The notes: a model not told the origin generated them from the letters alone. A DNA stretch of 62,344 nt, filler included, from Aduncisulcus paluster (GCA_024181965.1; 7 parts of 7 records of this genome joined end to end with filler, not necessarily neighbours in it), one strand, 5' to 3'; numbered from the whole stretch's first letter, positions 1 to 9,478 are shown. Numbers and translations: made by a program.

Positions 1-1077
1 GATGATTCGTACATCCTTGGGGATGGCCTGGAAGCCCCAATCTTTTCCTCATCCAGCCCACACTGGACAATTGGCTGTGGTGGGACTTGATACTGTAACG
101 GAGGAATGATCGACTGGTGCTGATGGTGGGCATTATGGGATTGCTCAAGAGAAAAATGATCAACCAAAGCTGAACTATGGCGCTTTCCCACAGAAAAAGA
201 CGGAATTTCTGGCTGGAGATATGAGGGTTGAGGATAAGAAGGAGGAACACTCTTCATGGGATAGTACATTTGAAGAGGGATTGAGCTTCTCTCAAATTCA
301 AACATCTCAGGTCCAGAAGTATCAGAGTATTGGAGAAATTGGGCAGGTGGTGCGGAAATCTGGCTAACTTTATCAAAGGTATCTTTTGGAGGAAACATAA
401 GAATTGAAGGATCTGAAGGTATGGAAGAAACACTTACCTGTGAAAATTGAGGTATTCCTGAAGAAGGTGGTAAGGGGGTTTGTTGCTGCGTTGAAGAAGG
501 TAAAGATGGACTATCAATCTCTCGAGTCACAATGGTAGATGCTTTTTGTTCTTGCTGTTGTTCCTGTTGTTTGGCCCAATCAGCCTCCTCTTTATCAATA
601 ATCGCTCCAGGTGAATCGGGCCAGATATTTTGTCGTAATATATGAATATAAGGCTGAAGCAATTGTTCATACTTCATACGTAGAATCCAACCAGCATTGG
701 TAACTGTGCTCGGTAAATGAAGGGATTGACCAACTTCTTTGAATAGTTTATCCTGTTGGACAACTTGGAAACCTCCTCTACATTCGATTTGGAGAAACAA
801 TTCATAAACGTCTAAAGGACGACGCCCAACAATCGGAGGTCGCTTTAATGATTTTTTATCTTTTGTAAAACATTGATTAAGGATATTTTTGAATTTTGTA
901 ATATACTTTTCGCTCCTCAGGTGAGAGGGTATTTGGACTTTTCGGTGAATTGTGCGAACTATTCAATAAAAATGAAATCAATTAAGAATATTAGATTATA
1001 TTAATATATAAGAAAAATGATTTTTGATTAAAAAAAAAAAAAAAAAAACTAAAATCCGGATACGAACATTTTGGCAT
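1..1077 (-). CDS. ARID/BRIGHT DNA-binding domain protein, two exons (1068-1077 and <1-958), 3' end outside the window
   Basis: Not in the ORF track; translated by hand. Minus strand gives MPKFRTIHRK...KRPPIVGRRPLDVYELFLQIECRGGFQVVQQDKLFKEVGQSLHLPSTVTNAGWILRMKYEQLLQPY, a typical ARID signature (P-x-V/I-G-x-R-x-L-D-x-Y-x-L, RGG, LR-x-x-Y-x-x-x-L-x-x-Y). The frame stays open to position 1, with a Pro/Gln/Ser-rich tail. Confidence 0.85.
959..1067 (-). other. Spliceosomal intron (109 nt, phase 1) in the ARID gene
   Basis: GTTCGT...poly(T)...ATCTAAT...TTTATTGAATAG. Removing it joins ATG CCA AAA T to TT CGC ACA in frame with the ARID domain. The downstream exon has no in-frame ATG before the ARID domain. 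Confidence 0.75.
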
Positions 1078-1884
1078 ATACTATGACAATTTCTATAATT
1101 AATAGTACTATATACTAAGTTCAATTAAAATGAGTTAATCAAAATAAAATTACAAACAACTCAATGTGACGTCAATCGATTTAGATCATTTCTTTTTTGA
1201 TTATTTGCAATCCGATTATCTGCGACTCGAATCTTGCCCACGCTTCTACAGGTACTTACAATATATAAAAGGAATAATAATAAGCTTATATGAAAATAAC
1301 AAGCATTTTAAAACATGTTTTGATTAAAAATATTTAGATTTAATGCTCAAGTGACCCGTAAAATCTTGACATTACTTCTGGACTGAAAACATTCTTCTAA
1401 CAATGAAAATTCAAACTATTGGAAAATATTTATTTCATAACCGAGCTTAAAGAGGTACATAATGCGATTCCTCCAGGCCAAAAATAGTAATCTATTTTCC
1501 ATGATGAATAAAGGAATTATCAATACTTTATCCCAGAAAATCATTTTTCTATAGCTATGTAGCCCGTTAAATCCACAAATTCGTTTTAGAACCCATGAGT
1601 TTCGTGGGGAGTAATAATTTTCGTTTTTTTGGGGCGAAAAAGATATATTATATAATTATTTTTAATTGATATTATTTTATAATAGATATTTATTCTGATA
1701 TTCAAACAAATTTATGTATTGTATGTTCTTTCTCTTCGATTTTTTTTCAAAAATTTGTCTCTGTTGAATTCTAATTTATATTTTTGCAGCCGAAACAAGG
1801 AAAACAACATATCAATCCCGTAAAAAACCGAAACTAAGTTCGGTAACGAGAAAAAATATTCCAGCGAGTCGTTCAAAATCTTCC

Positions 1885-4134
1885 ATGGGTTATCGTTCCA
1901 AACAAAAGAAATCATCCGTACTTCCATCGTTATCGCGTAAAAAATACACAAAAAGATCAAAAACACCAACATATTATTCAAATACCGGCGAATCGCCTCT
2001 TGATATGATTTTCCGTCCTAACTTGGAATATTCAATGGCATTACGGCCACATTCCCTCTCAATGGAATCTAAAAAAGTTAAGAAAAAAGTGAAGATCCCA
2101 AGTCCAGATCGTAGACGGGTGATTCAAAGAGGACAGAAACACTGTCGTTTTATCCCTCTAGAAAGTAAGAATACCATTGATTTATATGATTCTCCACAAT
2201 ATAGAAGTCCATCGTACTCAACAAAAGGGAAAAAACGAGTAACAACACATCAAATTCACCATTCCCCAGCTATATATACCCCCCTCACCCCCCCTTCTCC
2301 CAACTCCCCCGCTACTTCTGCTGCAATTCATCAGGGATCCCATAAAACAGCCTCATTGTCCGATTCGTTGTTATCTCCAGCCTACACATTCCCTAGATCA
2401 CAATCTCCAGCCTCTGAGGGTTCTTCTATCCGTGTTCTTTCCCCTTCTCCTGGTAAAAAAGCATCAGCTGCCAAAATTATATCAAATGTCGATGTAAAAG
2501 GAAGGTTAAAACCAAATAAGATGCGAGTCATGTTTGAATTGGAACAGAAACGAGCCAAGGAAGCTGAGAGGAAGAAGTCTCGTTTACGAAAACCTGGTCC
2601 CAAATCAGGCAAATCATCTTCAAGAAAATCCACCAAAAGACGCGTGACTTCACAAATATCGTATCCCTCTGATGATTCTGGCAGATCTTCTGATTACTTT
2701 GGATCTTCCGTCCACCAGCTCCCAGCTTCAAAGAGGTACGTTCACGATGATTCCCGTCCCTTTTCACACACTATCGAATATGCAGAATCATTCTCTGCCA
2801 ATGCACTCCCATTTGAAGAGGCTCGTGGTAGGTCTCGTGGCTCTGTTGTTCCCGCAAGGAGTGATCGTAGGGCTAGATCCATATCACACGCATGTGACAG
2901 ATACACGTGGGAGCAAGAACAAGAGCAGACTCAGCCAACATCTATTTCCCCTTATGTATGCCACTCCACTCTCTCTTCTCTCTTCTATCAATATACAGGG
3001 GATTCTGAAGAACTTAAACCTGCCTCCTCTTCTTCTTCTTCTCGTTATTATAATGCCAGACAGCGGTACTATTCGTCGCACGGAGGTTCAAGCTTTAGTC
3101 CCATCACTCCTCCTGCCAACACTACATTCATGTCCTCAACACACGTCATTCCTTCTGCTATCATGGCCTCAAACCTGTTTGACGAGCCCGAAGATGACGT
3201 TGTTGCCCCTGAGGAACCTGCTGAAAAGAGTGCAGTTATCCCCTGCTCTGAAGAACACACACACAATGAAGATAATGATCAAGTCAGAGAGATTGCTGCC
3301 TTGATGGGTACTGAGGAAAACAAGGAGGATTCAGACCAATACCGAGAACATATTCCTCCTTCATCAGAAGTTATTTCTCATCAAGAACATGATCTTGATA
3401 CTCATGACACTCCAGACTCTCACTCTCATTCAGAACAGTCAAAACATCACCAATCATTGGGACTTGAAGAATCAGGATACGTTGAATCAAATCATCATGG
3501 TCATGAATCTGAAGAGCAAGATGAAGAGTCAGAGCATGTAGTTCAAGATAGGGAAGAAGCTGTATCCTTTTCACAACCTATTGTGGATGATGATGATCAT
3601 GCCAATGTATCCATCGATGATAATGAAGAAGAACATGCGCATAGTTCTACATCGCATAGTCATGGAGTAGAGCAATTAATTCATGATGGAGAAGGTACAA
3701 ACAGTCATGAAGTATTCACCCATGATATTGAATCTTCAGATGAAAAAGAATCTTCGGAAAAGGTTGTTGAAAGATTGGATGGTTCAGATGAGAAAACAGG
3801 AGACGGTAGTCACTATTCTGGAAGAGACAAAGAGACTGTTGCTGAAATGGATTTCTCTGGAACAAAGGAAGATGACCTTAGAGGAGATATCTCCTCAGTG
3901 CACTCTGAACACTCGGATCATTCAGAACACTCGGATCATTCAGAACATTCAGTATCAAACTCACAACATCAAAGTAAGGAGCAATCACACTCAGATAGCG
4001 ATCATTCAATGTCTTTAGATGAAGAATTCCACAAAGAAGCATCAGATAGTTTAGATATTTCGCAGTCAAACTCCCGTGAACCCCCTCAAGCGGTCACAGA
4101 GAGTGAAGAAGAAGGCTCTGATGCATTTTACTAA
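1885..4134 (+). CDS. Hypothetical low-complexity protein (basic Lys/Arg/Ser N-terminal half, acidic His/Glu/Asp C-terminal half)
   Basis: 749-aa ORF flanked by AT-rich intergenic DNA; no recognisable domain; contains a short SEHSDH tandem repeat (18-bp unit, ~3905-3950). Confidence 0.8.
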   Translation: MGYRSKQKKSSVLPSLSRKKYTKRSKTPTYYSNTGESPLDMIFRPNLEYSMALRPHSLSMESKKVKKKVKIPSPDRRRVIQRGQKHCRFIPLESKNTIDLYDSPQYRSPSYSTKGKKRVTTHQIHHSPAIYTPLTPPSPNSPATSAAIHQGSHKTASLSDSLLSPAYTFPRSQSPASEGSSIRVLSPSPGKKASAAKIISNVDVKGRLKPNKMRVMFELEQKRAKEAERKKSRLRKPGPKSGKSSSRKSTKRRVTSQISYPSDDSGRSSDYFGSSVHQLPASKRYVHDDSRPFSHTIEYAESFSANALPFEEARGRSRGSVVPARSDRRARSISHACDRYTWEQEQEQTQPTSISPYVCHSTLSSLFYQYTGDSEELKPASSSSSSRYYNARQRYYSSHGGSSFSPITPPANTTFMSSTHVIPSAIMASNLFDEPEDDVVAPEEPAEKSAVIPCSEEHTHNEDNDQVREIAALMGTEENKEDSDQYREHIPPSSEVISHQEHDLDTHDTPDSHSHSEQSKHHQSLGLEESGYVESNHHGHESEEQDEESEHVVQDREEAVSFSQPIVDDDDHANVSIDDNEEEHAHSSTSHSHGVEQLIHDGEGTNSHEVFTHDIESSDEKESSEKVVERLDGSDEKTGDGSHYSGRDKETVAEMDFSGTKEDDLRGDISSVHSEHSDHSEHSDHSEHSVSNSQHQSKEQSHSDSDHSMSLDEEFHKEASDSLDISQSNSREPPQAVTESEEEGSDAFY

Positions 4135-4320
4135 TTCACAACTTGCATGATTAATATTGAGTCGTATTTTATTTATTTTCCTTAATCAATATATTGGATA
4201 TTTGATCAATAAATGATGAGTATTGACAAGTGTTGATGCATAGCTTATTATGAAATCGAAAAAGGAAGAGAAACATCGAAAATAACGTTAAAAATTAGAT
4301 AATCGAACTGATTTTTTGTT

Positions 4321-4402
4321 GATCAGATGGCCGAGTGGTCTAAGGCGGTAGATTGCTAATCTATTGTGTTTACACGCGTGGGTTCGAATCCCTCTCTGGT
4401 CG
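4321..4402 (+). tRNA. tRNA-Ser(GCT)
   Basis: GATCAGA/TCTGGTC acceptor stem, D-arm GCCGAGTGGTCTAAGGC, anticodon arm GTAGA-TT-GCT-AA-TCTAT, long variable arm TGTGTTTACACG, T-loop TTCGAAT, G discriminator, then a TTTTTT Pol III terminator. Confidence 0.95.
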
Positions 4403-4608
4403 TTTTTTGCTTTGTGATATTTCTCATTTTGTCCTCCGTTCTGTGATCGTAAAATGTGGCAATAGAGCATTGCCGGAATAGCTATCAGGATTATATATAT
4501 GAGTAAATTGGCTTACGCTCAAGGATTAGTGTTGTTATCAACCACAGTATATATACTTGTGTTCGTTTTAACTACCTAATTTTTGCTTTTCTTAATTAAT
4601 TCTTAATC

Positions 4609-5003
4609 ATGTTATCGGTCGAAGTCCAAACACCTAAGCTCGGCAAACTGAGCAAGGATAATTGGATAAAATTCACTAATGAGTTCAAAACTTATAAAAA
4701 CAGAGGTGGAACTGAACAGTGGATGAGTTTGATAGATCCAAGAAGGTTGGGGTCATTAAAGGCAATGTACCTTGCAAAACTTGATGATTATGAAGAAAAA
4801 TTGAATAATTATTCAATTAAATTTAACAAGGCCGATGAGAATCTGGAAAAAGCGAAAGAGGAGTATGATTCGACGGATTCAAAGGAAAAAACAAAGAAAG
4901 ACCAACTAAAGAAGAAGTTGGAAAAGCTGGAAGGGGACGTCCGTAAATATTCCGATAAGATATTGTCCACACGTGACGAAATGTACGAAGAATTATGGGC
5001 AGC
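4609..5003 (+). mobile_element. Probable retrotransposon gag-like ORF, truncated by a contig break
   Basis: A-rich ORF (TPKLGKLSKDNWIKFTNEFKTYKNRGGTEQWMSLIDP followed by a coiled coil) that is open into the linker. The P-x-L...W-x-x-F-x-x-x-F-x-x-Y N-terminus resembles Ty3/gypsy capsid N-termini. The assignment is by pattern only. Confidence 0.5.
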
Positions 5004-5103
5004 NNNNNNNNNNNNNNNNNNNNNNNNNNNNNNNNNNNNNNNNNNNNTTAATTAATTAANNNNNNNNNNNNNNNNNNNNNNNNNNNNNNNNNNNNNNNNN
5101 NNN
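5004..5103. other. Artificial contig linker N44-TTAATTAATTAA-N44 (also at 9965-10064, 28276-28375, 35824-35923, 50724-50823, 56762-56861)
   Basis: Six identical 100-bp N blocks carry a central 12-mer that puts stops in all frames; ORFs on either side are cut off abruptly. Confidence 0.97.
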
Positions 5104-6170
5104 CTGTCACGAGATGTGCTTTCGACTTTCTTGAACTCATGCGGCATGGCAATATATAGAGCCATGTGATATAAAAAACCTGCATGTTGGTGGAATTGTC
5201 ACAGGGTTTTCTCAACTCATCGCAAAGTCGCCATTTGGAGCGCCCACTGCCATATCCCTTGTGATTGAATGGGATAAAAATACACTTTCTATCCGCTGCG
5301 AGATCATTTTATTCCTTGTACTGCACAGAGATTTGCAAGAAGGCTTCTTAATTGAATGAATGGATGTTTCGTGTCAAACGCCTTGAGCTTCTTTTCTAAA
5401 GACCATCCCTCGGAGCACAGGTCTATTTCTAATGTGAGATCTTCCCTTTTTTTATTATTTTTTTTTTGGTGTCGTGGAATTCACAGATACCGTTTCTAAT
5501 CATCTAATCGATTAATCGACCAACAAATGAAGCTTTGAAAGATGTCTTGTTGAGTTGGCCCACATCCAATTCATGATTAATATCAAAAGTGATTGGAGGA
5601 TGATTCCATTAATCCAGGAATCTCCAGCTCTCCATGACAAAGTAGTCTTGAACTTCAGTGACTACCGTTCGAATTGTATATTCGTTTCTATATAATTTGA
5701 CTTTGTTCAAACGGAGCTTCGTTTTGCAGTCCATATCAAAGCAGTAACAACTTATTACTATTCTTGAATTGTATTCCAGTTCATGCTGGTTTATGGGTTC
5801 TTTTGTTCTCTCCTTACCGTCCACCAATTGTTTCTATCCACAAATTGATGTCTGTTATATCTGTACTATCGACAAATCAAGTCCAATAATGGTGCAATTA
5901 GGTCGCTTCTTTTTATTCTCATCAGACAACTGTGAAACGTATTCTGTGAAGACAAGTTGTTCAAAAGAGTTTTCAAGCACAACCTTTGCTCACTCTTTAG
6001 AACAGTAATTGCACTGCAAATTGATGGTCAATGGTGGAATCGACGCAGAGACAAGATCAGTTCTTTCATGATACCGAATTAAAAAAGATTAAAAGTCTCA
6101 ATATCTGATCCTTTGAATCCTTTAATGGCTATTATTTTCCACTTTGTGCCCAAACCAAAGGAACTTCAAC
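5104..6170 (-). pseudogene. Decayed coding-like sequence of unknown origin (possibly a mobile-element relic)
   Basis: Minus-strand frames read like protein (e.g. KREDLTLEIDLCSEGWSLEKKLKAFDTKHPFIQLRSLLANLCAVQGIK*; the 5609-5827 ORF) but are interrupted by stops. GC content is higher than in neighbouring intergenic DNA. Confidence 0.35.
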
Positions 6171-6274
6171 CTTTGAACAAACGTGACGTTTGTTGAACAA
6201 TTTAAGGTTTATTTTCAAATAAAAATGAAAATACATGATGATTTTGTAATTATTTGTTTGATTTCTGAGATTAA

Positions 6275-6424
6275 CATTTTCCCCCCGAGGGCCCCTAGAT
6301 TCGGAGTCTCACACGACCGACAGAGAGCCTCTGTTTTCTCGTGTAAGCCAATTTCCTCCTAAGCGCTGGAACATTAATTGCACTGTGCCACTCTGAATAA
6401 AGTATTGATTTGGGGGAAATGACA
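6275..6424. other. GC-rich structured island with terminal inverted repeat (candidate ncRNA, solo LTR or MITE)
   Basis: CATTTTCCCCCC (6275) and GGGGGAAATG (6412-6421) are near-complementary. An internal hairpin at 6308-6347 pairs ACACGA/TCGTGT and ACAGAG/CTCTGT. AATAAA lies at 6396-6401. Confidence 0.4.
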
Positions 6425-6543
6425 CGGGAACTCATCTCCTTCTATCATGACTGTCCTATCCAATGTTCTTTAAGTACTACTTAGAACAATATACTATACT
6501 CTTAAACTACACTTTCCAAGTGATCAATATCCTACCATTAAAG

Positions 6544-8955
6544 TCAATTTGCATCAAAAGCTTCAAGAAGAGGAGTAGAATCTTCCCCTTTTTTACAGCA
6601 TGAGCAAAATTTTTCACGAAAAGAGATCGGACTAATGGAATATAGCACATATAGATAAATAATAACAATAACAATAACAACAATAACAACAAAAACGACA
6701 ACTAAAATGACTATGAATAGTGTAAGTTTGCACACACCTGAATTCATCGCATACGGAAATTCACATTTACAAGGCGCTGGGTCAGTGGGAGCATAAGGAT
6801 CATTATCAATACAATTACCATGATCACAATTATTGCACGATTTCGAACACCAGGTGCCAAGATATCCAGAATAACATTCACATTTAGCCGAATCCTCCGA
6901 TGAATCATACACACATGTTCCATGTTGTGCTGAACCATCGCCACACGTATAGAAAGAATAATTTGGGCTTGTGCTGATGTACATTGGGCATAAATATTGG
7001 CATGAATCCCCAACATATTGAGGAGCTTTTCCAGTAGGAATGTCGCACACGCACTCAACACTCATTTCGTCTCCATCCAATGGTTGACAGGTGCCATGAC
7101 CATTGCATTTGACGTTGTTATAAGTTGGACAGGAGGAACATGTGGGCCCAGCACTAACAGAATTACAGTCGCAATATACTTCGTCAGATTGTGAAGCATA
7201 TTCACACGTGCCTCGTCCTTGGCAAGTCTCACCATTCACGACAAGAGAAGAACAATCCTCATCGCAGTTGTCTCCACCACGACCTGACTCACAAGAACAC
7301 GTCACAAATGAGTTACCAGCTTCCATAACGGCAGAGGTATGCGGAAAATGCTCACAAAAACTACAACTAGAAGTATTATTGGTGGTTACACATTCTCCGG
7401 TATTGGTTTCAAGGTAATAGCGACTCCAGCAATCCACAACCCATTCAGACGGTGAGATTTCATGGCAACGCTGATGACGACCTGGGATATCTACACATGG
7501 ACATGATTGGGAGTCATAGGGTTCTATTATGGTGATATCGTGGAAATAATCAGTCAAATCACTTATGATGCTATCAATATCACAAAAATAATTGTTATTC
7601 AGATCAAGGGTAATTTTTGAGTTGGCTGAAAACATCTTTCCTGATATTAAAATGGATATATCAGCGATATAATTGTTGGAAATATCGAGATATGTAAGCT
7701 TAAATGGTTGAGTTTGAATATCAGAACTAGAAATAGGAGCAAAATCGAATATATCTTCAAGGCTTTTCAATCCGCAACCACTCACGGATAATGAAGTGAG
7801 TCCAAAATTATCAGTATTAACTAATAGTCTATCTGTGTAAACAACTTGTTTTGAAACTGCGTAAACAACTTGTTTTGAGAGTGTCCGAACAACGAATTGA
7901 TCATACTCACTGTTTTCAGTGGATCCACTCAGATCATATCCATCCAGTGTCAAACTACTCAGACGAGATGCATACTCAAGACCCTGAAGAGATGTGACCT
8001 GAGGAGGAATGACAAGGGAATCGGAAACAGTTGTTCGAATTGATGAGACGGCAATTATTCCATTTTCTTCAGCTATTCCAGGATATGTATCATTGATCAA
8101 AGCTCGAAGAGTGGAATCATGAATAGTGTAACATACCAATTGTTTGTTGACATAAGCAGACTTGGAAATGTCAGAACATCTAATCCTTGAAGAATTGGAA
8201 TCATAAACTTCATTTCGAATAACCGATGGACATAAGGCACTACCGTCACAATAATTATTATCCACATTAAGAGGGCAGTTGTTTGGCAAAATTCCCTTTT
8301 GTGAGGTATCGCGAGAAAAAAAAGGGAAAATGGACCCAACATATTCGAGATAAGAGTCGTCATCCTCAGATCGACAGACAGGGAGTTTAAATATAAAAAT
8401 AGATTTCAATCCCAAATTTCGATACAATACTGACACGTCGAAAATATTTGGATTGACTAGAGTCACTTGCAAAAGGCGAGTGAGAGATTGAAGGTCATTT
8501 AAATTATCGAAGTTACCATCTCCGGCTTCACTGTTGGTGCATGAAAGGGCCAAATCACAGAGCTGTGTCAGTTTAGAGAGTGATGAAATGTCACCAATCA
8601 TATTGCCAGTAATATCAATTGAACCAGAGCCAAAAAGATACTCAAGTCCGAACAAGTCCAAAGAAGTTCCAGTATGAACATAAAATTCTTTTGAAATGCT
8701 ATCGATATCATATTTTGTCAGATCACAATCCTCTTCAGATCCAATTAGTGAACACAATTCTTTCCTTATGGTATCCGAGGGGATATAGATTCTGTATGGA
8801 TCGGGATTGTTATTACAGATGACATATGGGATTGAAAACCAGATAATAAAACAAAGAATGACAAAAATCATTCTAGATGACTTGAAAAATGCAAGAAACT
8901 GTCGTATAATATGATTGATGGGATAAGCATTAATATTAGATCTTATAGATCGCAT
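6544..8955 (-). CDS. Type I membrane surface protein with leucine-rich repeats and Cys-rich EGF-like repeats
   Basis: N-terminal hydrophobic segment; LRR motifs (IGDISSLSKLTQL, VTSLQGLEYASRLSSLTL, LTYLDISNNYIADIS); EGF/tenascin-like units (CQGRGTC, CNGHGTC, CECYSGYLGTWC); a C-terminal Val/Ile-rich TM helix and a short Cys-containing cytoplasmic tail. Confidence 0.88.
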   Translation of the reverse strand: MRSIRSNINAYPINHIIRQFLAFFKSSRMIFVILCFIIWFSIPYVICNNNPDPYRIYIPSDTIRKELCSLIGSEEDCDLTKYDIDSISKEFYVHTGTSLDLFGLEYLFGSGSIDITGNMIGDISSLSKLTQLCDLALSCTNSEAGDGNFDNLNDLQSLTRLLQVTLVNPNIFDVSVLYRNLGLKSIFIFKLPVCRSEDDDSYLEYVGSIFPFFSRDTSQKGILPNNCPLNVDNNYCDGSALCPSVIRNEVYDSNSSRIRCSDISKSAYVNKQLVCYTIHDSTLRALINDTYPGIAEENGIIAVSSIRTTVSDSLVIPPQVTSLQGLEYASRLSSLTLDGYDLSGSTENSEYDQFVVRTLSKQVVYAVSKQVVYTDRLLVNTDNFGLTSLSVSGCGLKSLEDIFDFAPISSSDIQTQPFKLTYLDISNNYIADISILISGKMFSANSKITLDLNNNYFCDIDSIISDLTDYFHDITIIEPYDSQSCPCVDIPGRHQRCHEISPSEWVVDCWSRYYLETNTGECVTTNNTSSCSFCEHFPHTSAVMEAGNSFVTCSCESGRGGDNCDEDCSSLVVNGETCQGRGTCEYASQSDEVYCDCNSVSAGPTCSSCPTYNNVKCNGHGTCQPLDGDEMSVECVCDIPTGKAPQYVGDSCQYLCPMYISTSPNYSFYTCGDGSAQHGTCVYDSSEDSAKCECYSGYLGTWCSKSCNNCDHGNCIDNDPYAPTDPAPCKCEFPYAMNSGVCKLTLFIVILVVVFVVIVVIVIVIIYLYVLYSISPISFREKFCSCCKKGEDSTPLLEAFDAN

Positions 8956-9478
8956 TTGAAATAAATAAATAAATAAAATGAGGATATATAGTTGAAAAAC
9001 GGTTTAATTTCAACGAAATAGAGATTTTTCAGTCGTACCTCCAATAATACTACGAATAGAGCAAGTTGAATGTAAAATTCCATTCAAAGAACGTTAAAGT
9101 AATCGTATTTTTATTATTTTATCTACTTGGACCAACAAGGGCTTTTTTCTGTTTGAGAAGCTAGGTGTTGTTTAGAATGTAAGATTCCCATTATTCCATC
9201 GAATATAATTAAAATAGATTCTGATCACTTTAGTATTTAAAAGATACACCTGACATTATGCCTTTGGAAGAAGTTGATGTGCCTAAGGACCAAATGCGAT
9301 CATATTGATTTTGAAGAAATACGAGATGTTTATGATGATCCTTTTGCCGTTCAATTTGTAGTTTTCTTGCGAATAATTCTTGTGAAGATACCACGAAGAC
9401 GATTCCCCAGAGAACACCTATGGTTCAAGGAATTATGCAAGTTTTTTGGATCAAAATTAATTAATTATTTTATTGCAA

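Noticed and set aside
431-440. CACTTACCTG resembling the U1 snRNA 5' end, or a perfect CAG|GTAAGT donor on the minus strand
   Set aside because: It lies inside the uninterrupted ARID reading frame (S-Q-V-S-V), no U1 structure follows, and no intron is needed.
5048-5059. TTAATTAATTAA repeated six times at large intervals (possible repeat or recombination site)
   Set aside because: It is always centred in an exact 100-bp N block, so it is a synthetic all-frame-stop linker, not biology.
6421-6440. ACACGGGAACTCA resembling the RNase MRP CR-V/P4 strand
   Set aside because: No matching upstream GAAAGT(T/C)CC P4 partner was found within range.
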